From positions 32,001-96,000 of the IMG/VR virus record IMGVR_UViG_3300003324_000465: a stretch of DNA of 64,000 bases, one strand, 5' to 3'. Source of the stretch: a virus. The position numbers and the translations under genes were made by a program. The notes beneath the pieces were generated by a model. That model was not told where the DNA came from and did not search any database. It saw only the letters and a list, made by a program, of their open reading frames with translations. Positions within the stretch are counted from its first letter, which is position 1. Every line of letters starts with the position of its first letter. Positions 41,506-50,245 of the stretch are shown here, in pieces.

Positions 41506-42013
41506 TTATACGACCCTCTATTGTTTTTATTACGTTAATCGAGCGATCTAACTCAGTAGCCGCCTCTTTAATTCTAATTAAACTAACGTCACTTGTTATA
41601 GTAGATAAACGCTTTTTCAAAGCAGTTAATTGACGAATGTTTGCTATATCTTTCACATCTCGATCAGTTAGCATATTAGAATTATCAATACTAGGCGCTG
41701 TTAATGTATATTCTTTAATCAATCCGCGTTCTATTAAAGATTTATTCCATCGCTCAAATACTCTCGCTTCTGTATCAGAATAAAGTTCTAATACCTCATC
41801 GTCATACGAAAATCGTGTATGGTTTAATTTAGGCGATCCTTCTGCTTGCGTAATAAACTCAATATCTTTCTCTGGCGTTATCAAAAGAAAATCAAGTCTG
41901 TTTTCTGGTCTATGCGGATCAACTCGCCATCCCGAAACACGATATAATACTGTCTTTACATAGCGCTTTACAACACGATCATTAAATTCTAAAAACTGAT
42001 GATTGATACTCAT
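41483..42013 (-). CDS. Hypothetical protein (head-associated)
   Basis: ORF with RBS after the major capsid gene. Confidence 0.6.
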   Translation of the reverse strand: MSINHQFLEFNDRVVKRYVKTVLYRVSGWRVDPHRPENRLDFLLITPEKDIEFITQAEGSPKLNHTRFSYDDEVLELYSDTEARVFERWNKSLIERGLIKEYTLTAPSIDNSNMLTDRDVKDIANIRQLTALKKRLSTITSDVSLIRIKEAATELDRSINVIKTIEGRINELSATS

Positions 42014-42073
42014 ATGTACTTTTTCTCCCTTATATTATCCATGCGCTCTATAACTTATGATAGAGTAGCTGTA

Positions 42074-42121
42074 TAAAAAATAATATCCCTCATGCATGTG
42101 TGATTATGAGGGATATTATTT
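42074..42121 (-). terminator. Intrinsic terminator after the major capsid gene
   Basis: AATAATATCCCTCAT/ATGAGGGATATTATT stem plus T-run on the minus strand. Confidence 0.7.
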
Positions 42122-42147
42122 AATCATATTATTTTTTATCGACGGTT

Positions 42148-42246
42148 CTACCAGAAGCCCTACAAGATTTCACCCATATCAGAGTATGGATTTAACCCTA
42201 TCGTGCCTCTACGAGGCTCCTATGGGCCTTGTAGGGCATTCTGTGA
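42148..42246 (+). repeat. ~100-bp dispersed intergenic element, copy E
   Basis: ACCAGAAGCCCTAC...TATCGTGCCTCTACGAGGCTCCTATGGGCCTTGTAGGGCATTCTGTGA. Confidence 0.75.
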
Positions 42247-42247
42247 G

Positions 42248-43243
42248 TTAGGTATTAGTCTTAATAACTGCAATAGCCTCTACGTCATCCACCCATAAGC
42301 CGTATCCTTGCCAGCTATGTAATACATAGTTCGGTGGTTGAGTACTAGGATCAGTATAGTCTTGGTATTCGGTTCCGCCCATTAACAACACTTCTCCAAC
42401 CTGATCACCGATTACAAGAATCTTGTCAGTAGGGATCATACGCTGCTCTGATGATAACAACGTTCCAGTTGCATTAGCAGGTAAGCGGTTGCGGTAAACC
42501 TGTGGTAACTCTACCAACGGAATACCCTTATAGGTCGATACTCTACCAGTATTTGAAAATTCATCAAAAGCGCGTGTTACAGGGAACATTGCACGATCAG
42601 GATTATTACCGCTTCCACCTAACACAAACTCACGATACTGAGCAAATGTATAAATCGGTAACAGCGCCCTGCGTGATCCTACAATTGAACGAACACTACC
42701 AGTGTGATCTAACAATGTTTCAATTGCACTATCAAGCATTGTGGATGTAACACCTGTTGACGATCCATCAAAATAGTTATTAGGCGTATCTGTACTATTC
42801 CATACTGTTGAAAGCAGTGTAAATACCTTAGATACAAGCTCATCAAATATATCTGCGCGCAATTCTGTACGCATCTGTTCGATTGTGCCTACTTCACCGC
42901 TCTGAATTTCCCATAAACTATGAGAAGTACCAGCTACAAGACGATCAGCTAAATACGTTTCCTGCTCCAAGTAGCTTAACACATCAGTTAGATGCTTTGC
43001 GCCAGGGGTAAATGTACGTACAGGGTAACGACCACGACGTACACGACGGCCACGCCGATCGCCAGGCTTCATTGTTCTTGTAGGCATAAAAGCGGAAAAA
43101 AGCTCAAGTGACAAGTGATTAGGCTGAACAATTTCCATTACCAGATCACTATATGCTGAACGAGTAGGGCGCGTTACGCTGCCTCCCATTCCTGCTGTCT
43201 TGCTTACTTCTGCTACAGCCCGTTGTAATTTCTCACGATCCAT
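42248..43243 (-). CDS. Major capsid protein (HK97 fold)
   Basis: 331 aa, after scaffold and decoration genes, followed by a terminator; YKGIPLVELP motif. Confidence 0.8.
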   Translation of the reverse strand: MDREKLQRAVAEVSKTAGMGGSVTRPTRSAYSDLVMEIVQPNHLSLELFSAFMPTRTMKPGDRRGRRVRRGRYPVRTFTPGAKHLTDVLSYLEQETYLADRLVAGTSHSLWEIQSGEVGTIEQMRTELRADIFDELVSKVFTLLSTVWNSTDTPNNYFDGSSTGVTSTMLDSAIETLLDHTGSVRSIVGSRRALLPIYTFAQYREFVLGGSGNNPDRAMFPVTRAFDEFSNTGRVSTYKGIPLVELPQVYRNRLPANATGTLLSSEQRMIPTDKILVIGDQVGEVLLMGGTEYQDYTDPSTQPPNYVLHSWQGYGLWVDDVEAIAVIKTNT

Positions 43244-43263
43244 AATTATTTCTTATTTACCTC

Positions 43264-43794
43264 TTAATGCCATAGTGTAATGACAAGTGTATCATTTACC
43301 GGCTGATATTCTTCTACCATACCTACAGCATTAGCACCACTTGTATATACCCATACACCACCAGCGCCAACTGCAATTAAATTGCCGGGTACTCTAATAT
43401 TAGCACTATCTGTATATGTGCCTGATGGAATTGCGTATGTACCGCCACGCTCCATATTTGCTAATTCACCAGATTCTAGTGTAGGATTCCATAATGTACT
43501 CTTACCTACATCGTACATAGTACGTGTATGAATAGGCTCACTAAATCCACTACGGAAATTAACTACCCGCGTTGAAGGAGCAGTATACATTCGTGAATCT
43601 GTAGGGCGACTGAAATCATCTGGTCCCTTGATAACAATACCTACATTGTTTACTGCATTTGCGCCTGCTTTCATAAGTACAGGCAAATCGTTATGCACAC
43701 CGCTTTGTGTAGGAACTACTGCAAGACCTTCTTGCATTGTCTCTCCTACTACACCGCCACGTACATAGTCACTTAGTCTTGAAACATGTGCCAT
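43264..43794 (-). CDS. Capsid decoration/cement protein
   Basis: Gly-rich beta protein directly upstream of the MCP gene. Confidence 0.6.
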   Translation of the reverse strand: MAHVSRLSDYVRGGVVGETMQEGLAVVPTQSGVHNDLPVLMKAGANAVNNVGIVIKGPDDFSRPTDSRMYTAPSTRVVNFRSGFSEPIHTRTMYDVGKSTLWNPTLESGELANMERGGTYAIPSGTYTDSANIRVPGNLIAVGAGGVWVYTSGANAVGMVEEYQPVNDTLVITLWH

Positions 43795-43800
43795 GTTCTA

Positions 43801-44922
43801 TTAACCTCTTAATGTTTCTCTATATGCTTTCGCAATATCTGTTATACTGTAATTATTATCTGTTGACATTGGTTCCGGTATAACAATCTTCTTTTGTTCT
43901 GCTTGCGCAGATACTTTGCGCACTGACAATAAATCATTGATATATGTATTGAACATTGCTTCATCCATATTCATATACATATCAATTTTATCTTGTGTAC
44001 CTTTAAATGTATCTGATGTAATATCTAATCCTGCATCAGACAATTTTTGTGTACGTTCTTTGATAAGCTGCGCCCGCTCGTTATTTTGCTTTTCTTCTGT
44101 AAGTGTTGCAACTTCGCTTTTTAATTGCTCTGCTAATCCTGCTTTTTCTTTCAAAGTTTTAATCTGATCAGCAAGTTTACTTAGTTTCTCCGCAAATTGC
44201 GCTGCAATTTTACCAATGTCACGTTCTACTGTTGCTTGTTCAATTTCAAATGTTTCTGTGAAGAGTGTATCAATACCTTCCCACATACGAAACATTGTGT
44301 CTTGCACGTTAAGCAATTCTGTTCTTAACGCTTCAACGTCAACCGTAGATTGCGCACTTTCTTCTGTTTTACTCATTGTTGCCTCATCTTGCGTATCTCG
44401 CATTTTTTCTGCAATAGCAAGTATTCTAGTTCTATTTGGTCCGTATGCCGGTGTTTCAACAACGCATGTAGCTGCAAATGTACAGTTATTTAACCATTCA
44501 ACGCCATTATTATCTTTATTTGATTCCTCAAAATACATTTCCCATGAAGTCCCTACACCCTCATCTAATGTGGCTATTAAATGTTCACTTACATCCTTAT
44601 ACAGTTCATTCCATATAATTGCCTCACCCATGATAACTTCGCGCCCATTATCTGTACCGATATATGCGCTTGTAATAGGTCCTACAGGAAATGCACCTTT
44701 ATGACCTAAGTAACCATCTCCGGTAAAATTTATCTTTAATGGTTGATTGAGTGCTGTACGTATAATGTTTTCGGCTTCTGAGCGTGGAATAGCTTGCCTA
44801 TTACCATTTGGCTCAAAGTCAGTTAAAATAAGTGATAACTTCGTCTGGAATGGATGCGCTTGATCCGCTACGGCTTTAACAAATCCTCTTGTGTGTATTG
44901 TATGTGCCATATTTTTACCCAA
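43801..44922 (-). CDS. Prohead protease-scaffold protein
   Basis: N-terminal NGN..H..G...SWE...PAY protease-like domain plus C-terminal coiled coil. Confidence 0.7.
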   Translation of the reverse strand: MGKNMAHTIHTRGFVKAVADQAHPFQTKLSLILTDFEPNGNRQAIPRSEAENIIRTALNQPLKINFTGDGYLGHKGAFPVGPITSAYIGTDNGREVIMGEAIIWNELYKDVSEHLIATLDEGVGTSWEMYFEESNKDNNGVEWLNNCTFAATCVVETPAYGPNRTRILAIAEKMRDTQDEATMSKTEESAQSTVDVEALRTELLNVQDTMFRMWEGIDTLFTETFEIEQATVERDIGKIAAQFAEKLSKLADQIKTLKEKAGLAEQLKSEVATLTEEKQNNERAQLIKERTQKLSDAGLDITSDTFKGTQDKIDMYMNMDEAMFNTYINDLLSVRKVSAQAEQKKIVIPEPMSTDNNYSITDIAKAYRETLRG

Positions 44923-44998
44923 ATAAAAAAGGACCGCATTATTACATGTGATCCTTTAATACATCATTCACAATATACTCTACTTTACCCTGAACACG

Positions 44999-45232
44999 TT
45001 ACCGTGAAGAATAAGTAATTTTTAAATACTCATCAAATGTAATACTTGGTTTAGGTGGTATCTCACTATACGTTACAGCACCACAACGAACACACTTATA
45101 CTCATTATGTACCATGTCTAACCATAAATGTGCATAAATACATGGTATAGAATGTACTAACCAGACAAGTGTATGAATAATCCATGTAACTAGTTGTATA
45201 ATCATCGTATAGGGCAAGCTCCTGTAGCACAA
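44999..45232 (-). CDS. Small hypothetical Cys/His protein (start probably MIIQL)
   Basis: CIYAHLW...CVRCG. Confidence 0.45.
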   Translation of the reverse strand: MCYRSLPYTMIIQLVTWIIHTLVWLVHSIPCIYAHLWLDMVHNEYKCVRCGAVTYSEIPPKPSITFDEYLKITYSSR

Positions 45233-47349
45233 TCCGCATCAATAAGTTCAGACATAATATTTTCTCTTTCTATTTCCTTTAGTTCTTCTACTATATCTTC
45301 CATACATACATGTACTAATAATTGGGCGCGATTATTATACTCTTCTTCCGTAATAGCCTGTTCTGGCATTAATGGATATGGAGTATCTGTATCAAATTTA
45401 GGTAAAAATGAAACTGCTATATAATCATCCCAATGTTCTAGCAAAGCATCTACAAGACTTTCTATTTCATCAGGCGCAAATGTAATCGTAATACTTGTAT
45501 TATGTTCTGTCCAGTATTCTTGAAAATCTAAGTATCTATAGAATTGTGCTAATGCTGATTCTTCTGAAGCTTTTATTTTTGCGGGCGTTTTTACAGGAAA
45601 TTCAATAACCCATGTATTACTTTCATTCAATACGGCTAAACGTTCTGATTCATTCATGCTATCAAATTGATTAACACTAGAACCATTACTACTGTTCTCA
45701 GGATAAACAGGATAGCCGTTATGCAACATAACTTTCGCTAATGGATCATGCGCGCTTATGCGTACTCTACGAATACCATAAGGGAATGGGGAACGATGAA
45801 CACCGCTAGACACGTATGGTAATTTACTTATTGTACCAGATGGTTTAATAGTGGTACTGAGTAATGGTATAGGAATACGCATCTCATACGCATAGCGCAT
45901 TACTTCATTATCTGCGATATAACGTAACTGCTGTAATAGTAGTGATAACTCATCACTTATTGATAAACTGCGCGCATTATTATCATGCCTCCATCCTAAT
46001 GCTTCCTCGAAGTCCATAACACCAGATAAGGATACGCCAATGAGCCTATCGCGCTTCTGCATTTTATCCCATTCTGGTAAATCCAGTGCGATGTTTGTTT
46101 GCCGCATCCCAATACGTACAGCCATTTCAACAGCTTTCTTAAGCTCTTGCATATCGTAAGTAATAGTATTATCTACGTTACGTGTTAAGAAAGCTGTCAT
46201 ATTTACTTCAGTTAAATTACAAACTCCCTTATCATCTAACAGTATTTCAGCGCATGGATTTAAACCTTTGAAATTAGGTCTGCGTTTTCTAGCTGCATCT
46301 GCGTTAATTATTCCTGGCTCGCCATTTGATTGAATACGCTTAAATATATCTAATAAATACTCTTTTGTAGGTTTATTTTCAAAAAATATACTATTATTAG
46401 ACATACTGCGCTGATCTTGCCCGTAATTAACAGAACCTTCTTTCCAAAGATCAACTTTTGCATTAAGTATTGTATCATCATTCTGATCAAATAACGCTAT
46501 TTCAGATGTTCTGCGCACTCCGCCGACTACAACATTTTTTCCAATGTGATTCATTATATCCATTGCATGTATTGGTAATAACTTGCCATCCTTCTTGGAT
46601 TGTATTACTTTATGAATAGAATCAAACATATTTTGCAATGCTGTGTGCCCTGATGCTCTACCGCCAAATGTTTTCAGTATCTCACCACTAGGACGTACTG
46701 AATCATAATTGATTATAATAGAATCAAAATAGGGGCTTTGCATTGTTTCTAAATAATATTCCAATGCTTTTGTCCATCCGTTTTTACTGTCTCCTACTTG
46801 TATATGTCTTATACTATTATAATCATGTTTTATTGTATCTTCTAAACGCAGTTCTTTAGGTCTTGCGTTATATGTAGTATGGATAAGTTTAATACCTGTA
46901 TTTAGAGCGGGCAACTTTTCTACATCAGAAGAAAGAACGCGAAAACCTACGCCTGAACCTACCATGAGTAAATGAAAAGAATCAATAAATGCGCGTATAC
47001 TATCAATAACAACAAAAGCGCAATTAAAATTTGCACTTCCAAATAGTTTTGCCGCTTCTGTACCTCCTATCCATAATGTTCTACCGGCAGTAAATACACG
47101 TAAATTATACATGTTATCGAACATTTCTTCTGCTTCTTTACGCAATTCATCTTCTCTAGCAGGACCTTCGTAGAGTGACATAGAGTATTCTACAACCCTA
47201 CGTACTGTTTCATGCCATTGCTCCCTACGCATACTCTGTTCTATCCATCTTGAATACGTGCGCAAATACACAAAAAAGCCTAAACCATTTCCCCCCCATG
47301 GAATAGACTTGTCTTTGTATTGATCAATAAATTGATCAGATAATAACAT
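45202..47349 (-). CDS. nrdJ: Class II (B12-dependent) ribonucleotide reductase
   Basis: YLRTYSR, AGRTLW, NCAF, VVVGGVRRTSEI, NPCAEI, TIKPSGT, C-terminal CATGACPIR. Confidence 0.95.
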   Translation of the reverse strand: MLLSDQFIDQYKDKSIPWGGNGLGFFVYLRTYSRWIEQSMRREQWHETVRRVVEYSMSLYEGPAREDELRKEAEEMFDNMYNLRVFTAGRTLWIGGTEAAKLFGSANFNCAFVVIDSIRAFIDSFHLLMVGSGVGFRVLSSDVEKLPALNTGIKLIHTTYNARPKELRLEDTIKHDYNSIRHIQVGDSKNGWTKALEYYLETMQSPYFDSIIINYDSVRPSGEILKTFGGRASGHTALQNMFDSIHKVIQSKKDGKLLPIHAMDIMNHIGKNVVVGGVRRTSEIALFDQNDDTILNAKVDLWKEGSVNYGQDQRSMSNNSIFFENKPTKEYLLDIFKRIQSNGEPGIINADAARKRRPNFKGLNPCAEILLDDKGVCNLTEVNMTAFLTRNVDNTITYDMQELKKAVEMAVRIGMRQTNIALDLPEWDKMQKRDRLIGVSLSGVMDFEEALGWRHDNNARSLSISDELSLLLQQLRYIADNEVMRYAYEMRIPIPLLSTTIKPSGTISKLPYVSSGVHRSPFPYGIRRVRISAHDPLAKVMLHNGYPVYPENSSNGSSVNQFDSMNESERLAVLNESNTWVIEFPVKTPAKIKASEESALAQFYRYLDFQEYWTEHNTSITITFAPDEIESLVDALLEHWDDYIAVSFLPKFDTDTPYPLMPEQAITEEEYNNRAQLLVHVCMEDIVEELKEIERENIMSELIDADCATGACPIR

Positions 47350-47379
47350 AATAGCTCCATTAAAAATTAAAAGGCGTAG

Positions 47380-47598
47380 CTAACAACATCTTTCTACGCC
47401 ATATGCTCTATTACTACGTGCTTGACTTTGATCTATAAATACACTAAGATTATGTAATATGGCTTCTATAACATCGGTAGATACATCTGTGTATATCGGA
47501 TTGTATGGAAATTCGTCTTCACTTATCGATACATGTATATCTGTCATATACACATTATATGTACCTGACTCATTCTGGTGTAGTAGTATTGTTTTCAT
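47380..47598 (-). CDS. Hypothetical protein
   Basis: Coupled ORF. Confidence 0.5.
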   Translation of the reverse strand: MKTILLHQNESGTYNVYMTDIHVSISEDEFPYNPIYTDVSTDVIEAILHNLSVFIDQSQARSNRAYGVERCC

Positions 47599-47884
47599 TT
47601 TTTGGTATTAACTCCACTTCCCATGTTATAGACTGTTCTATAAAAATACGCGCTATCTGTTCTATAAGCTGCATACTTTCCAACGCTTTTGTTAATTCCT
47701 GTTGTATTGTATTTACGTCAATATAATCATTCTTCATATGATGAGTTATATCAATCGCAATTTTAAATGTTACAGGCGAAGCACTTGTCTTTACTTCAAA
47801 TCGAATAATATTCTCTTTTACTGGTACTGCATTTACAACGGTAATCGTATTTATCATATTGTTATTATCTCCCTGATGATCCAA
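47570..47884 (-). CDS. Hypothetical protein (start probably MINTI)
   Basis: GGAG RBS before the internal Met. Confidence 0.55.
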   Translation of the reverse strand: MDHQGDNNNMINTITVVNAVPVKENIIRFEVKTSASPVTFKIAIDITHHMKNDYIDVNTIQQELTKALESMQLIEQIARIFIEQSITWEVELIPKNENNTTTPE

Positions 47885-48614
47885 AACCTTTATTATCGCG
47901 GGCGGTCTTATCTAATTCCTGTACTTCTTGTACACCTGAAAATGTAATCGGGTAGATTATTAATTGTGCTATCCTATCACCTTTTCTAATATATTGAACG
48001 CGCTGATCTAAATTATACAGTAATACAATGATTTCTCCTCTATATCCTTGATCTATAACTCCACCTAAGATAGTCATAGATTTTGCACCTAATGAACTAC
48101 GATCAGCTAGTCTTCCGTAAGTGTTCTCTGGTAATGCTATTGCTATTCCTGTGTGAATTTTTGTAAGTGTGAAGGGCTCTAATTCAGCGTCTTCGACGCT
48201 ATATATATCAAGTCCTGCATCTGTTCTATTATTCCTCGTAGGTAGAATAGCATATTCAGATAATTTCTTTACTAATACAGGAGGGCCTAAACGTATTACT
48301 GGTGTTATAGTAAAACTTGGTGACTCAAACTCGTATATTTTAAATGATTCGGGAATTATAGTTTCTGTTATAGTAGCGCTAACCATTAAAAGCTTTGTAT
48401 CTTTTTTAGTGAAAATAACATCACCAACATTGTCGTAGACAATTTTATTAGCTGATGGTTGCGATCTTAATAGATGTTTTACATGAGCATCTATATTAGT
48501 ATTATTTAATACTATTCTTATTACATTATTCTTATTATCATACATAGATTCATCTATACTAATATCTTCATCTATAATAATATCTTTTCCTTTTAGATTC
48601 ATGATTATTGACAT
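47865..48614 (-). CDS. dut: Trimeric dUTPase with ~110-aa N-terminal extension
   Basis: AGLDI, RSSLG, GVIDQGYRGEI, RIAQL, RDNKGFGSSG (motifs I-V). Confidence 0.93.
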   Translation of the reverse strand: MSIIMNLKGKDIIIDEDISIDESMYDNKNNVIRIVLNNTNIDAHVKHLLRSQPSANKIVYDNVGDVIFTKKDTKLLMVSATITETIIPESFKIYEFESPSFTITPVIRLGPPVLVKKLSEYAILPTRNNRTDAGLDIYSVEDAELEPFTLTKIHTGIAIALPENTYGRLADRSSLGAKSMTILGGVIDQGYRGEIIVLLYNLDQRVQYIRKGDRIAQLIIYPITFSGVQEVQELDKTARDNKGFGSSGR

Positions 48615-48868
48615 GTTATATATCCTTATTATATACTACTACATGATCTATACATATGATCATGTATAATGGCGTTTAAAGTTTAATTTTAAACGTCTAC
48701 GACGTGTATTATTACGCATCTACGATGCATGTATTACATGCTCTATGCGCTGTAACACATTTTTTATAATGCCGAAGGTGCCCATCAATTATATTATAGG
48801 ATGATTTCTGTGTAAATAGGTCTACAGATGTAACTTTATACTACTACTTCAGGAGTACATTTAAGAAA

Positions 48869-49309
48869 ATGGAAAAGACATGTATATTATGCCCCGCAAA
48901 AATACCAGTGAGAGATTATCAAAAAAAGCTTTGTTTTCCATGTTATAAAGAATATAGTCATTATATGAATGAGCCGTGGTTTTTGGAATTGGAAGTCATG
49001 CAGAAAAGACAGGATGCTATTGATCTCAGAGAATTGGAGTTAATAGAAATAGCACACGATACTAATATTACAGGTAAGCATGAACATCATGTGCGTTCAC
49101 CTACAAGATCAGGGAGACTCGTAACAGATTGGCGCTTAGAACAAAAAGTATTAGATTTGTTCGATGAATCACTTGAAAATGGAAAACGTATATCTTTGCG
49201 GGCAATATCTAAAGCGCTAGATTATAAAGTGAAGTATGTTACAGTGCGTAGGATATTACTTGACTATCGTAAAGAGCAATTTTTGAAAAAAGTTCAAAAA
49301 GATATGTAG
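48869..49309 (+). CDS. Zinc-finger/HTH putative regulator
   Basis: CILC...CFPC; SLRAISKAL...YVTVRRIL HTH-like segment. Confidence 0.55.
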   Translation: MEKTCILCPAKIPVRDYQKKLCFPCYKEYSHYMNEPWFLELEVMQKRQDAIDLRELELIEIAHDTNITGKHEHHVRSPTRSGRLVTDWRLEQKVLDLFDESLENGKRISLRAISKALDYKVKYVTVRRILLDYRKEQFLKKVQKDM

Positions 49310-49353
49310 TAGGGATGTCAAACCCTATGCAAAGTATATAAAATTGGAGAAAT

Positions 49354-50028
49354 ATGGCAAGAAAAGCAAATTTTGACACGAGATTTGAATTAACAATGCA
49401 AGAATACGGGAAGCGTTACGATATTGATTCATTAACGAATCCCAATGACCTTGCTAACTTACATACAATGATTCGTAATCAGCTTGTTATCGAAGAATTG
49501 CAAATAAAGATGCATGAACTAGCGTCTCAAGACGCTGTAGGTAATGCAGTAGACGTTAAGAAAATCAACGATAGCATTGTAGCGCTATCACAAACAAACA
49601 TGCAATACGAGAAAACACTAGGTATTGATCGGCGTACAAGGAAACAAGAGCAAGCTGAAACTATTACAGATTATATTGCGCGCATTAAATTATTATCGAG
49701 AGAATTTCTAGATGAACATGATCGTTTGAAAAAAGTAATTTGTAAATACTGTGATATTATGATAGGACGTATATCCGGCGTCTATGATACAACGTATTAT
49801 ACTGCTTCGTTTCAATGTCCACAATGTAAGAAACAAACTGTTATAACACGCAAAGAAAGAGATATATTTTTTGATGTTAAAGATGCCGATTGGAGACGTA
49901 AATATCCAATAGAGATTGCGCAACCGAAGAAAGCAAAAGATCGGCCAGAATTACCGATAGCAGATAATGAATTGATTATAGGTGTATATGACGAGGAAAC
50001 GGATGAAAATATACAATCTCAATCGTAA
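49354..50028 (+). CDS. Putative terminase small subunit
   Basis: Helical protein with LGIDRRTRK and C-terminal CxxC pairs, upstream of TerL; synteny-based. Confidence 0.5.
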   Translation: MARKANFDTRFELTMQEYGKRYDIDSLTNPNDLANLHTMIRNQLVIEELQIKMHELASQDAVGNAVDVKKINDSIVALSQTNMQYEKTLGIDRRTRKQEQAETITDYIARIKLLSREFLDEHDRLKKVICKYCDIMIGRISGVYDTTYYTASFQCPQCKKQTVITRKERDIFFDVKDADWRRKYPIEIAQPKKAKDRPELPIADNELIIGVYDEETDENIQSQS

Positions 50029-50245
50029 ATTAGATATTACGGGAGTAAGTGGTACAGGTATTGTAGCAGAAGTGGTAGAATTTAGTGATGGTGTTTGTAT
50101 CGTTCATTGGATAGGACATATGACATTATCAAATGTTTCTTCTATTGTTATTTATAATTCGCGGGCGGATTTATTAGCAGTACATGGTCATAATGGAAAT
50201 ACAGTATTAGAGGAAATACATGGCGCTACAACAGAAATTAGATGA
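50003..50245 (+). CDS. Conserved phage hypothetical protein
   Basis: DITGVSGTGIVAE..EFSDG...HGHNG motif; start MKIY. Confidence 0.7.
   Translation: MKIYNLNRKLDITGVSGTGIVAEVVEFSDGVCIVHWIGHMTLSNVSSIVIYNSRADLLAVHGHNGNTVLEEIHGATTEIR

Noticed and set aside
879-48438. Plus-strand ORFs of the track within 1-48.6 kb (e.g. 26379-26888, 44216-44704)
   Set aside because: Antisense shadows of well-supported minus-strand genes, with no RBS or recognisable motifs.
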